This document shows, one piece after another, positions 9,629-19,654 of a stretch of 64,000 bases of DNA. The translations under genes and the position numbers were made by a program. How positions within the stretch are numbered: the first letter of the stretch is position 1; each line of letters starts with the position of its first letter. The notes beneath the pieces are model-generated. The model was given only the letters and a program-made list of their open reading frames with translations, had not been told where the DNA came from and searched no databases. This DNA comes from Acidimicrobiales bacterium (GTDB lineage: Bacteria; Actinomycetota; Acidimicrobiia; Acidimicrobiales; SZUA-35): contig OZ244195.1 in assembly GCA_965216685.1 (NCBI GenBank), forward strand, positions 529,610 through 593,609, read 5' to 3'.

Positions 9629-10585
9629 TCAGCCCAACAGGTCGAGGATGGCGTCGGCCACCTGGCCCGCGCCCGCCGGACCGACGGCAATGGTGTAGTG
9701 GTTGCTGTCTTCGACCAGCCGGCAAGTGAGGTGGCCGAACTCGGCATCGGCGGCGGCAATGGACGAGGCATGGTAGAGGCCGGGCGATTGGTCGAGGATC
9801 CCTCGGGGCGCCCACAGCAGCACCGCCGGTTGACTGATCCGGTGCAGCGCCGACGAGGCCTCGGGGTCGACGATGGCGGCAGCACCGTCGACCAGCACCG
9901 CCTCCTTGACCACACTGGAGCGAACCTGCCCGTCGGGTTCGGTCACGGCGTCGTATCGCACGTAGGCCTCGGCCGCCGGGAGCCACCGATTGGGAGGGTT
10001 GAAGGCCGGATGGCCCCGGAAGAAGTCGACGTAGGACTCGACGTCGGGCCAGCGCTGATCGAGCCGGTCGAGAGCCGGGCCGATGACCGATCCGATGGCG
10101 GTCTCGGGGTCGATGTCGTCGGGCAGTCGGAGCGGGAAAGGCAGGCCACCGTCGACCAGCACGAGACCGGAGACCCGGCTCGGGTGTCGTTCACCGGCCA
10201 GGGCCACCACGAAGCCGCCCATGGAATGACCGGCCAGCACCGCCGTCTCCAGCCCGAGGTGATCAAGGGTGGCGGCGACGTCGTCGGCGTGTTGAGCCAA
10301 CCCGAACGGGCCGGGTACCGAGGCGCTGCCGGCCCGGCCCCGATGGTCGATGGCCACCAGTGACACCTGGCCGCCGCCGGCGTCGACCAGCCGTTGACCC
10401 ACTTCCTGCCAGGACATGTGGTTGGCCGTTATGCCGTGGGAGGCGACGACGATCTGCGGTCCGCTCCCCCAACGGCCGCCGGCCAGGACTCCGCCGTCGA
10501 CCGGAACTCGAAGTTCCTGGTACAGGTCATCGGCCTCCGAGGCGTTCATGTCGGTGACGGTAGTCGACGACCGGTCAGTAGCCAC
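9629..10585 (-). CDS. Alpha/beta-fold hydrolase
   Basis: HG oxyanion motif (VASHGITAN), nucleophile GHSMGG and a C-terminal NHY. Start is uncertain: GTG 10585 overlaps the upstream stop, and ATG 10549 is the alternative. Confidence 0.8.
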   Translation of the reverse strand: MATDRSSTTVTDMNASEADDLYQELRVPVDGGVLAGGRWGSGPQIVVASHGITANHMSWQEVGQRLVDAGGGQVSLVAIDHRGRAGSASVPGPFGLAQHADDVAATLDHLGLETAVLAGHSMGGFVVALAGERHPSRVSGLVLVDGGLPFPLRLPDDIDPETAIGSVIGPALDRLDQRWPDVESYVDFFRGHPAFNPPNRWLPAAEAYVRYDAVTEPDGQVRSSVVKEAVLVDGAAAIVDPEASSALHRISQPAVLLWAPRGILDQSPGLYHASSIAAADAEFGHLTCRLVEDSNHYTIAVGPAGAGQVADAILDLLG

Positions 10586-11573
10586 CGCCCAGGGCCAAAG
10601 CGGCGGCCACCGTCTCCGACGCCCCCCGGGCCATCAGCACCACCGAGACCAGCCAGATGGCCAGAAGGACAACGGCCTCCAGGCGGTGGACCCTCTTGCG
10701 GGTGACCATGAAGGCCCAGGCGATGAAGGCCACCAGAGCCATACCGATGACGCCGACGGTGGCCAGCTCCCGATCCTCGATCACATCCGGTCGGATGACG
10801 GCGATGGCACCACCGACGGCCAGGCTGTTGAAGATGTTGCTGCCCAGCAGGTTGCCCAGGATGATCTCGGTTTCGTTCTTTCGGGCCGCCGCCACCGCGG
10901 TCACCAGCTCCGGCAGCGAGGTGCCGATGGCCACCAGGGTGAAGCCGACGAAACCCCCGGACAGCCCGGCCGCATCGGCGATGGCCGAAGCCCCCCACAC
11001 CAGTAGCTGGGCGCCGGCGATGGTGCCCACCAGACCTATGGCGGTACGGACCAGCTGGCTCGACACGGGGCCGCCGTCATCCAGGGAGTGGCTGGCATCG
11101 TGATCGACTCGCCCTCCTGCGATGATCCACAGCAGGACTCCAACCAGGGTGACCAGCAGCACCAGGCCCTCCCACCGCTCCAGACCGTCGGTGGTGAAGA
11201 AGGCGAACAGCAGGACGGCCAGCAGTGACAGCGGTGCTTCCCGGGCCAGCACCGACGGCGTGACCCGCAAGAGGACGATGAGGGCGGCCGCCCCCAACAC
11301 CAGCGTGAGGTTGGCCACATTGCTCCCGACGACATTGCCGACACCGAGGTCGAGGTCGCCGTTCCAGGCGGCCAGCGATGATACCAACAGTTCGGGAGCA
11401 CTGGTTCCGAACCCGACCACCACCGCACCGATGACGACCGGCGAGATCCGCAGGGCACTGGCCACGTTGGCCGCCCCCTCGACGAACTCGTCGGCCGCCT
11501 TGGTCAACAGCCACAGGCCGACCGCCACCTCGAAGAGGGCCACGAGAAGGCTTGGTTGGGTCAGGAAGGCCAC
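10575..11573 (-). CDS. Ca2+/cation antiporter (CaCA family, YrbG-like)
   Basis: Two alpha-repeats, GTSAPELLVS...GNVVGSNVANL and GTSLPELVTA...GNLLGSNIFN. About 10 TM segments. Confidence 0.88.
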   Translation of the reverse strand: MAFLTQPSLLVALFEVAVGLWLLTKAADEFVEGAANVASALRISPVVIGAVVVGFGTSAPELLVSSLAAWNGDLDLGVGNVVGSNVANLTLVLGAAALIVLLRVTPSVLAREAPLSLLAVLLFAFFTTDGLERWEGLVLLVTLVGVLLWIIAGGRVDHDASHSLDDGGPVSSQLVRTAIGLVGTIAGAQLLVWGASAIADAAGLSGGFVGFTLVAIGTSLPELVTAVAAARKNETEIILGNLLGSNIFNSLAVGGAIAVIRPDVIEDRELATVGVIGMALVAFIAWAFMVTRKRVHRLEAVVLLAIWLVSVVLMARGASETVAAALALGGGY

Positions 11574-11651
11574 CGCTAGAGGCTATCGGCGGTGTCGGGG
11601 CGATGGTTCCATCGTCGCCGTCCCATTCCAGCCTTGCCGGCCGGGCCCCAT

Positions 11652-14600
11652 TCAGCCCTCGGGATATCCGGGAGGTGGGGCCAGGGCGGAGTCGAAGTCG
11701 CCGTCGAACTCGTCGTCGTCGAACTCGTCGTCGTGTTCGTCGAACTCGTCCGACCAGTCGTCGGCGCTGAGGCTCATCGACGCAAGCTCGGCGTCGTCCT
11801 CATCGTCGGCATCGGGATCGAAGATGTCGTCGTCGACGACGATCGACTCATCGACCTTGTCGATCCCGGCGTCGTCCCACGATTCGTCGGCCCCGGCGAT
11901 CTCCTCCACCACCTCGGCCGAGGTTTCCTCCTCCAGATCGAACGGCACCGCATCGGGTTCCGGGTCGAGCTCGATGCCCTTGACCACTCGGAGGACCGGT
12001 GGCGACGCGACCGTGGACGCTGGAGCCTCGTTCTCATCGAACGTGACGTCGAGATCGGCCCGTTCCAGTTCATCGAGCCCGTTCTCCCCAGGCCGGTCGA
12101 GAACGCCGACCGACGAGCTGCCGCCAGGCTCGAGTCCCAGCTCGGGATCCGGACCGATCGTGGCGTCGAAACCGGGAAGGCCCGGACGGCCGCCGGATGG
12201 ATGCGACCGGGCCCGCAACTCGGCCCGGTCGGGGATACGAATCGGTTCCGGGTTGGGGATGTCGGCCAGGGTCGGCCGCCGCTTTCTCGGCTTGTCCACC
12301 ACCGGCTGGCTGTCGAAGGCCGATGGGCCGGTGTAGCCCGAGTGCGAACGTCGGGGCCGATCCTTCTTGGTGGGCAGGGCCGGCGAATCGTAGGGGTTCC
12401 CGGTCGTAGCGCCCGGCCACTCCCCGGGCTGACCATCGCCCGATGGGGTGGCGGCCGAGTCACCGCCTTCCGGGTCGCCGACCGCCGGGGCCGCCGTCTG
12501 GCTGTGGCCCGGTGCCGAGGCGGGAACCACACCGGCTGTCCCGGCCATCACCGGGCCGGTCGGCGGCGGTGTCGCTTCGGCCGCCGGAGCGGCCACTCCT
12601 TTGGGCCAGCGACCGGCGTCGAGATCCTCGGCCGTCATCAGCACCTCGCGGGCTTTGGATCCGACCGATGGTCCGACCACGCCTCGTTCCTCCAGCAGGT
12701 CCATCAGGCGACCGGCCCGGGCGAAGCCGACCCGCAGCTTGCGCTGCAGCATCGACGTCGAGCCCAGCTGGGACCGGACGACCAGTTCCATGGCCTGCAG
12801 CAGGAGATCATCATCGCCCTCGTCACCGGTGGATCCACCGGGAATGAAGGCGGCCGCCTCGGCCGCCCCGTCATCGCCCAGAACGCGGGAGTCATAGCTG
12901 ACCTCCGGAGCCTGACCGGTCCAGTGGGCCACGATGGCCGATACCTCCTCCTCGGTGACCCAGGCTCCCTGGAATCGGGTGGGCGAGGAGGTTGTGCCGT
13001 CGTTCAGAAGTCCGTCGCCCCGACCGACCAGGCGCTCGGCACCCGGTTGATCGAGAATGACACGGCTGTCGGTGAGCGACGACACGGCGAAGGCCAGACG
13101 GGCGGGAACATTGGCCTTGATGAGCCCGGTGATCACATTGGTGGAAGGCCGCTGGGTGGCGATCACCAGGTGGATGCCGACCGCTCGGGCTTTCTGGGCG
13201 ATCCGGCAGATCGACTCCTCGACGTCTCGGGCGGCCACCATCATGAGATCGGCCAGCTCGTCCAACACCACCAGGATGTAGCTGAGTTTGGGGTACTCCC
13301 CCGGCTGGCCGTCGGGCCCGGCGGGGGCCGGATCGAGGCGACCCTCCTCCACCGCCGAGTTGTAACCGTCGAGGTCACGGACGCCGACCTCGCTCAGCAG
13401 GTCGTAGCGGCGTTCCATTTCCCGTACCGCCCAGGCCAGGGCGTTGGCCGCCTTCTTGGGGTCGGTGACCACTTCGGTCAGCAGGTGAGGCAACCGCTCG
13501 TACTGGGTCAGCTCCACCCGCTTGGGGTCGACCAGAATGAGCCGGACCTGGTCAGGCGTGGAACGCATGAGGATCGACGTCAACATGGAGTTGATGCAGC
13601 TGGACTTGCCGGAGCCGGTCTGCCCGGCCACCAGCAGGTGGGGCATGCGGGCCAGGTTGGCCACGATGGTGCGACCGGTGATGTCACGGCCCAGTGTGAC
13701 CTCCAGCGGATGGGTCGACTGGGTCGCCTCCTCCGACATCAGCAGGTCGCCGACGGTGATGATCTGGCGGCGTACGTTGGGGACCTCGACCCCGATGGCC
13801 TGCTTGCCGGGAATGGGGGCCAGAATGCGCACGTCGGGCGTGGCCATGGCGTAGGCGATGTCCTTGTGCAGTGACGTCACCCTGGCCACCTTCACGCCGG
13901 GGCCCAGTTCCAGTTCGAACCGGCTGACGGTGGGGCCGACCACCACACCGATGAGGCGGGTCTCAACCCCGTGTTCGGCCAGGGCGTGCTCCAGACGGCG
14001 CCCGGTTCGCTCCACCGAAGCCCGGTCGACGTCCTGGGCTTCGGAGTGGTCAAGCAGGTCGAGGTTGGGCAGATGCCAGAGCCCATCGGGAGGCTGAGGT
14101 ACGGCCACCGACATGCCGTCGACGACAGCCGGTACGGGCACCTCGATGATGGGGGCAGCCGGAGCCGGCTCGTCGATCTCGCCGTATCCTCCGGACACCT
14201 CCGACTCCAGTTCGTCGTCGAGGCGACCGACGATGACGGTCTCCTCGTCCTCTTCCGCCCCGTCTTCACGGTTCGAATCGGTGGAGGATGAGTGTGGACC
14301 CGACCCGGTGGTTCCCCGCAGATCGATGTAGATGTCGGCCTCGGTGCTCGGGTCATGGTCGGGGTCGTCTTCGGTGAACATCGAGGCCAGGCCGGGCGGT
14401 CGCTGCTCGGTGAGGTCACCGGTGAGATCACCATCGTCCCGCTGCAGCCAATCGCGGTCCTGGAATCGCTCACGGGCCCGGTCACGGCCCCGATCCCAGA
14501 TCAGACCGAACCGTTCGGCCATGGTGTCGGCCGCCGGTCCAAGCGACACCGAGGTCAGCAGGACGGCGGCCACCATCATCAGCGTGACGGTGATGACGAT

Positions 14601-15098
14601 CTCGCCGATCGAGCCCAGATAGCGCTCCAACGTCCCTCCGATGGCCACGCCAACCCAGCCGCCGGAACGACTGAGGGCTTCAGGGGTCGATCCCCAGTGG
14701 GGTTTGCCGCCCAGGATGTCAAGCAGGCAGAAGACGGCGGCCACCAGGGATCCCCAGGCCACCCACTGGGTGTAATCGGTCTTCTTCTTGCGCCGACGGC
14801 TCCGGGTGCTGTTGGTCCGCAGAAGCTGGAAACCGCCGGCCAGCAGGACCGGCGGTCCGAGATAGCGAACGAGGCCGAACAGCACCCCACTGGCCGAGGC
14901 CAGGGCTTGCCCGACGATTCCGGTTGCCCCGGTGTAGAGCGCAAGACCAAACAAGACGCCAAGGGCTATGAGCGACAAGCCCTGGACGTCTCGACGGTCT
15001 TCCTGGGCGCGACGCTTTGCCGACTTCTTGCGTGCCGGTCTGCCTCCGCCCGTAGCCCCACGACCGGAACGCGATTGGTTCCGAGTAGATGTTGCCAC
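11652..15098 (-). CDS. ftsK: DNA translocase FtsK with ~317-aa acidic low-complexity C-terminal extension
   Basis: N-terminal TM segments, Walker A GQTGSGKSS, the motor domain and the gamma winged helix (LLQAMELVVRSQLGSTSMLQRKLRVGFARAGRLMDLLE). The frame then stays open to ...DEFDEHDDEFDDDEFDGDFDSALAPPPGYPEG. Confidence 0.93.
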   Translation of the reverse strand: MATSTRNQSRSGRGATGGGRPARKKSAKRRAQEDRRDVQGLSLIALGVLFGLALYTGATGIVGQALASASGVLFGLVRYLGPPVLLAGGFQLLRTNSTRSRRRKKKTDYTQWVAWGSLVAAVFCLLDILGGKPHWGSTPEALSRSGGWVGVAIGGTLERYLGSIGEIVITVTLMMVAAVLLTSVSLGPAADTMAERFGLIWDRGRDRARERFQDRDWLQRDDGDLTGDLTEQRPPGLASMFTEDDPDHDPSTEADIYIDLRGTTGSGPHSSSTDSNREDGAEEDEETVIVGRLDDELESEVSGGYGEIDEPAPAAPIIEVPVPAVVDGMSVAVPQPPDGLWHLPNLDLLDHSEAQDVDRASVERTGRRLEHALAEHGVETRLIGVVVGPTVSRFELELGPGVKVARVTSLHKDIAYAMATPDVRILAPIPGKQAIGVEVPNVRRQIITVGDLLMSEEATQSTHPLEVTLGRDITGRTIVANLARMPHLLVAGQTGSGKSSCINSMLTSILMRSTPDQVRLILVDPKRVELTQYERLPHLLTEVVTDPKKAANALAWAVREMERRYDLLSEVGVRDLDGYNSAVEEGRLDPAPAGPDGQPGEYPKLSYILVVLDELADLMMVAARDVEESICRIAQKARAVGIHLVIATQRPSTNVITGLIKANVPARLAFAVSSLTDSRVILDQPGAERLVGRGDGLLNDGTTSSPTRFQGAWVTEEEVSAIVAHWTGQAPEVSYDSRVLGDDGAAEAAAFIPGGSTGDEGDDDLLLQAMELVVRSQLGSTSMLQRKLRVGFARAGRLMDLLEERGVVGPSVGSKAREVLMTAEDLDAGRWPKGVAAPAAEATPPPTGPVMAGTAGVVPASAPGHSQTAAPAVGDPEGGDSAATPSGDGQPGEWPGATTGNPYDSPALPTKKDRPRRSHSGYTGPSAFDSQPVVDKPRKRRPTLADIPNPEPIRIPDRAELRARSHPSGGRPGLPGFDATIGPDPELGLEPGGSSSVGVLDRPGENGLDELERADLDVTFDENEAPASTVASPPVLRVVKGIELDPEPDAVPFDLEEETSAEVVEEIAGADESWDDAGIDKVDESIVVDDDIFDPDADDEDDAELASMSLSADDWSDEFDEHDDEFDDDEFDGDFDSALAPPPGYPEG

Positions 15099-15219
15099 AG
15101 TGGGGAAAAGCCTAGCGCACTTCGTCGGCGCTGTGGTGTATACAGCTTGACCATCACGGCGTCGACAATTCTGTTGCCGAGAGGGCCGACTGGTTCAGGC
15201 CGAGGGTTTCGGCCCGATG

Positions 15220-15483
15220 TCAGGCCTGCCGGCGCATCTCCGCCTGTATCTGGTCCTCGCTGACGGGCCGGTCGAAGTAGACGGCGAACCCGTGAAGGGC
15301 CAGCCCGATGGCCCAGCCACCCATGGGCCAGATCGGCCAGAAGTAGCCGCCGCCGGTAGCGGCCCAGATGACGACGAGGGCGGCGTTCACGACGACGTAG
15401 ACGATCAGGTGGAAGCGGAACTGGCGCCTGGCTTCGATCCGCTTGATGGCTGACTGCCGGGGGTCGTTGTTGATGGTGGTCAT
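15220..15483 (-). CDS. 2TM-domain small membrane protein
   Basis: RRQFRFHLIVYVVVNAALVVIWAATGG...WPMGGWAIGLALHGF matches the 2TM domain pattern. ATG 15483 has a GAGG 7 nt upstream. Confidence 0.7.
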   Translation of the reverse strand: MTTINNDPRQSAIKRIEARRQFRFHLIVYVVVNAALVVIWAATGGGYFWPIWPMGGWAIGLALHGFAVYFDRPVSEDQIQAEMRRQA

Positions 15484-15680
15484 GGGGTACCTCACTTTCG
15501 TAGCTACCGGTCGGCCCGCCGGGCCGGGGCTGGGTGAATGGCGTTCTGGTCGAAGGCCGTTCATGACCGCCTCCTCCTGGTCCACGATCTGTACTTTCAA
15601 TCGTGACCGGAACCGGCCTACTTCGGTAGAGGCCTACGTCCTGGGATCAACCGCCGTGGTGGCGGGAACCATCCGACCGG

Positions 15681-16889
15681 CTACGGCAACGAGACGTAGC
15701 CGTGCCGGGCCTTCCAGAGGAAGTACTTCTCGAAAGCCAACTTCATCGCATGGGCCTGCGGTCCGGGGATCATCACGCTGTGTTTGCGGGGTGGCAGCAT
15801 CTTGTCAGCCAGGATGATCACCCCGTTGTTGCCCGCATCCATGACACACACGGCACCGATGTCGCCAAACGTCTTGTGGGCGTCCGGTTCCTCACCTCGG
15901 ACCTGGGAGGCGATGTTCTTGGCGGCTACGTGAGCCTGCTGCTCGGTGGGGAAGCCGGTCTTGGGGATACCGACCGGATTGGCGGTTTGCCACGGAACCT
16001 CCACTGCGGCGGCCACCCCGACGGCGTAGACGTTGTCGTAAGGCAGGCTTTGATAGGTGTCCCGTACGGGAACGTAGCCCTTGTCGTCGCTGATCTCGGT
16101 GGCTTTCCGTATCACGTCCTGACCCAGGAACGGCGGGATGATCATGGCGTAGCGGAAGTCGAGGTTGCGGCCGTCGGCCAACACGACCCGCCCTTCGTCG
16201 ACATGGTCGATACCAACATCGAGAACCGCCGAGATCTTCTCCTTCTTGAGAAACATCTCCAGCAACGTCTCTCCGTGCTTCAATCCACCGATACCGAAGT
16301 GGCCGAGCTCCGGCTCGGGCGACAGGTAGGTCATCGGGACTCGCTTCTTGATGCCGTTCTTTCGGAGCTGGTGGCTCACGTTGAACAGGAACTCGTAGGC
16401 GGCGCCGAAGCAGCCGGCGCCCTGGGTGGCGCCAATCACGATGGGCCCCGGATCGTCGAGTAGCCGCTTCCATCCCTCGCCTGCCTCCTCGGCCTCCTCC
16501 AGCGTGGTGATGTTGTAGGCGTTTCCGTCGGGGCCGAGGCCTGGGACCACGTCGTGATTGTTCTGGTAGCCGGTGGCGATGACGAGGTAGTCGTAGCGGT
16601 AGGAGCCGGCCGGGGTGGCAACCTGTTGGCCTTCGAGGTCGAGTTCGGTGGCCGGCGCGTGAACGAAGTCCACGTCGTGATTCTCAAAGGTGGGGGCCAC
16701 CGGGAAGGTGATGTCGTCGGCCTTACGTTTGCCGAAGGGCAACCAGATCAGGGAGGGGTTGAACAGGAAGTGATCCGCCGGTGAGATGACGGTGACATCG
16801 ACCTCGCCTTCGAGTTCGTGTTTGACCGCGATTGCCGCCGTCAGGCCCCCGAAGTTGCTTCCCAGCACCACTACCTTTTGACGTGACAC
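15681..16889 (-). CDS. FAD-dependent pyridine-nucleotide-disulfide oxidoreductase, sulfide:quinone oxidoreductase-like
   Basis: N-terminal Rossmann VVVLGSNFGG. Cysteines at residues 160 (GAGCFG) and 347 (GAVCVMD) sit where SQR redox cysteines lie. GTG start with AGGA upstream. Confidence 0.65.
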   Translation of the reverse strand: MSRQKVVVLGSNFGGLTAAIAVKHELEGEVDVTVISPADHFLFNPSLIWLPFGKRKADDITFPVAPTFENHDVDFVHAPATELDLEGQQVATPAGSYRYDYLVIATGYQNNHDVVPGLGPDGNAYNITTLEEAEEAGEGWKRLLDDPGPIVIGATQGAGCFGAAYEFLFNVSHQLRKNGIKKRVPMTYLSPEPELGHFGIGGLKHGETLLEMFLKKEKISAVLDVGIDHVDEGRVVLADGRNLDFRYAMIIPPFLGQDVIRKATEISDDKGYVPVRDTYQSLPYDNVYAVGVAAAVEVPWQTANPVGIPKTGFPTEQQAHVAAKNIASQVRGEEPDAHKTFGDIGAVCVMDAGNNGVIILADKMLPPRKHSVMIPGPQAHAMKLAFEKYFLWKARHGYVSLP

Positions 16890-17042
16890 GTCGACGTCCT
16901 TTCACGATTCGGACTTGTTCCACCGATCGTTCCAGTGTGACGCCGTCGGCTCGCCGAGGTCAGGGACTTCGGTCCCGAAGACGAGGACATTCCGCCAGGC
17001 TGCAGCCGAAGTCGACCCCGGGACCCCCAGGTTGAGGTCAGC

Positions 17043-18731
17043 TCAAGACGAGGGTCCGTCTTCGTGGGCGCCGAGAATGACCGGCACCACCATCGGCCGC
17101 AACTTGGTGCGCCGGTTGATGAACCGACCGACGGCCCGCCGGGTAATCCGTTCGAGTTCCTCCCTGTTGCGTTTGCCGCCGCTCAAGGCCTCTTCAACCG
17201 CCTCCCGGACGGCCAGGGTGGCCTCCTTACGGAGCAGACCGCCCTCCTCGCCCTCGACCCAACCCCGGCTCACGATCTCGGGATCGCGCAGGAGTTCGGC
17301 CGAGGCCCCGACGATCGAGATCGACACGATGGCGGAGACGAAACCGTCGTGACCAAGGATGCGGCGGTCGATCAGCACGCTGTGGTCGAGTGCACCGACC
17401 GTTCCGGCGATGTAGATGTAGTCGGCCGGAATCTCCTCGCCCCGGCGCAGGCCGTTGTCGGTCAACATCACCGAATCACCATCGGAGCAGACCATCACCT
17501 TGTCGGCCGGCTGGCCCATGCTGACAGCCAGCCGGGCGTGCTCGGCCATGTGCCGATATTCGCCGTGAACCGGGATGAACCACTCGGGCTGAACGATGGA
17601 GTGCATGACCCGCAGCTCCTCGGCCTTGGCGTGGCCGGTGGCGTGAACCCGGGCGATACCGGAATGCACGACCTCGGCTCCCCGGCGAATCAGGCCGTCG
17701 ATGACCCGGGAAACGCTTGACTCGTTGCCCGGTATGGGATGAGAGGAAAGGATCACGCAGTCGCCGTCATGGACCGACAGCCAGCGGTTCTCGCCTGAAG
17801 CCATACGGGCCAGGGCCGAGAGTGGCTCGCCCTGGGAGCCGGTGGAGATGATGCACAGCTCACCGTCGGGGATGCCGTCGACATCCTCGATGGCCCGGAG
17901 TTTGGCGTCGGGGATGTGCAACAGCCCCATCTGGCGGGCCAGGGCCACGTTCGAATTCATCGAACGGCCCATGGTGGCGATAGTGCGACCGGTGGCGATG
18001 GCGGCATCGGCGATCTGTTGGACCCGGTGGATGTGACTGGCGAAACAGGCGATGATCAGTCTGCGCCCCTCCCGGGCCCGGAACAGGTCCTGGATCGACT
18101 GTCCGATCGAGGTCTCCGACTCGGAGAAGCCGGCCGACTCGGCGTTGGTCGAATCACACAGGAAGAGGCGGATACCGTCGTCCTTGGCCAGATGGCCGAG
18201 CCCGGCCAAGTCGGTGAGCCGGCTGTCGACCGGGGTCATGTCTAGCTTGAAATCGCCGCTGTGGAGGATCACTCCTTGGGGGGTGTGGAAGGCGGTGGCG
18301 AAGCCGTGGGGCACCGAGTGGGTGACGGGGAAGAACTCCATGTCGAACGGTCCGACCTGGATACGTTCATTGTCGCTGACCTCGATGAACGTGGCCTGAT
18401 CCATCACTCCCCGCTCACCGATTCGGCCTTTGGCCATACCGATGGTCAGGGGGGAGCCGATGATCTGCAGCGGGATCTCCTCGAGCAGGAAGCTGAGGGC
18501 CCCAATGTGATCCTCGTGACCGTGGGTGGCCACCACCCCTTCAACCCGGTGGGCGTTCTCCCGGAGGTAGGTGAAGTCGGGCAGGATCACGTCGACCCCG
18601 GCGGCGTCGGCGTCGGGGAACATCAGCCCACAATCGATGAGCATGATGCGGCCGTCGACCTCCACCGCCGCGCAGTTGCGTCCGATCTCCCCCAACCCGC
18701 CGAGGAAGGATATGCGGACCGGTGCCGCCAT
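17043..18731 (-). CDS. rnj: Ribonuclease J
   Basis: Metallo-beta-lactamase/beta-CASP motif THGHEDHIGAL. 562 aa. The ATG overlaps the dapA stop (TGATG). Confidence 0.93.
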   Translation of the reverse strand: MAAPVRISFLGGLGEIGRNCAAVEVDGRIMLIDCGLMFPDADAAGVDVILPDFTYLRENAHRVEGVVATHGHEDHIGALSFLLEEIPLQIIGSPLTIGMAKGRIGERGVMDQATFIEVSDNERIQVGPFDMEFFPVTHSVPHGFATAFHTPQGVILHSGDFKLDMTPVDSRLTDLAGLGHLAKDDGIRLFLCDSTNAESAGFSESETSIGQSIQDLFRAREGRRLIIACFASHIHRVQQIADAAIATGRTIATMGRSMNSNVALARQMGLLHIPDAKLRAIEDVDGIPDGELCIISTGSQGEPLSALARMASGENRWLSVHDGDCVILSSHPIPGNESSVSRVIDGLIRRGAEVVHSGIARVHATGHAKAEELRVMHSIVQPEWFIPVHGEYRHMAEHARLAVSMGQPADKVMVCSDGDSVMLTDNGLRRGEEIPADYIYIAGTVGALDHSVLIDRRILGHDGFVSAIVSISIVGASAELLRDPEIVSRGWVEGEEGGLLRKEATLAVREAVEEALSGGKRNREELERITRRAVGRFINRRTKLRPMVVPVILGAHEDGPSS

Positions 18732-19654
18732 CAGGCCACCGTCCGACCGAGGCCGGCCAGAACGGCCCGAGCCAGGTCATCCTGATTGTCGGGCGCCGGT
18801 CCCATCGGTAGTCGGCACTGTCCAACCGGAACTCCCAAGAGGTTCATCAGCGCCTTGGTGGGAACCGGGTTGGGGGCCAGGTCGCCGGTCTCATAGGCGA
18901 ACGACGGCAGCATCACGGCGTTGAGCCGCTGGGCCTCCCCCACCTTGCCGTCGTTGAAGGCGGCGATCATGTCGGCCATCTCCCGACCGACCCAGTGGGT
19001 GGCCACTCCGACGACACCGACCGCTCCCACCGCCAGCAGCGGCAGGGTCAGGCTGTCGTCACCGGAGTAGTACTGCAGATCGGTCTCGGCCAGGATTTCG
19101 GCAGAAGCACCGGGATCGCCGGCCGCATCCTTGACCGCCACGATGTTGTCGACCTCGGCCAGGCTCAACAGGACTTCCTTGGAAACCTTCCGACCGGTTC
19201 GAATCGGAATGTCGTAGAGCATCACCGGCAGATCGGTCTCGGCCGCCGACGCCCTGAAATGGGCTTCCAGACCGGCTTGAGACGGTCGGTTGTAGTACGG
19301 GGTCACGGCCAGAATGGCGTCGGCTCCCACCTCGTTGGCCATGTGGGTGTTCTTGATGGCGCTACGGAGATCGTTGCTGCCGGCTCCCGCCACCAGGGTG
19401 TGACCGGGAATGGCTTCGCGTACGGCCAGCGTGAGTTCCCGCTGTTCCTCGTAGCTTATGGTGGGCGACTCGCCTGTGGTCCCGGCCACGACGATGCCGT
19501 CGTTTCCGTTGGCCACCAGATACTTGGCCAGATTCTGGGCCCGGTCGGTGTCGAGATCACCGTTGTCATCGAACGGTGTCACCATGGCGGTGAGAACCGG
19601 GCCGAATCGAGCGGTGGGGCGAATGGATGGGGAGGAGGCGTCGGAAGCCATCAT
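18731..19654 (-). CDS. dapA: 4-hydroxy-tetrahydrodipicolinate synthase
   Basis: FGPVLTAMVTPF...GTTGESPT...; 307 aa. ATGA overlap with the upstream gene. Confidence 0.92.
   Translation of the reverse strand: MMASDASSPSIRPTARFGPVLTAMVTPFDDNGDLDTDRAQNLAKYLVANGNDGIVVAGTTGESPTISYEEQRELTLAVREAIPGHTLVAGAGSNDLRSAIKNTHMANEVGADAILAVTPYYNRPSQAGLEAHFRASAAETDLPVMLYDIPIRTGRKVSKEVLLSLAEVDNIVAVKDAAGDPGASAEILAETDLQYYSGDDSLTLPLLAVGAVGVVGVATHWVGREMADMIAAFNDGKVGEAQRLNAVMLPSFAYETGDLAPNPVPTKALMNLLGVPVGQCRLPMGPAPDNQDDLARAVLAGLGRTVA

Noticed and set aside
11592-13874. 760-aa plus-strand ORF
   Set aside because: It is entirely antisense to ftsK. Its composition is Arg/Gly/His-rich nonsense typical of the stop-poor antisense frame in high-GC DNA, and it has no recognisable domain.
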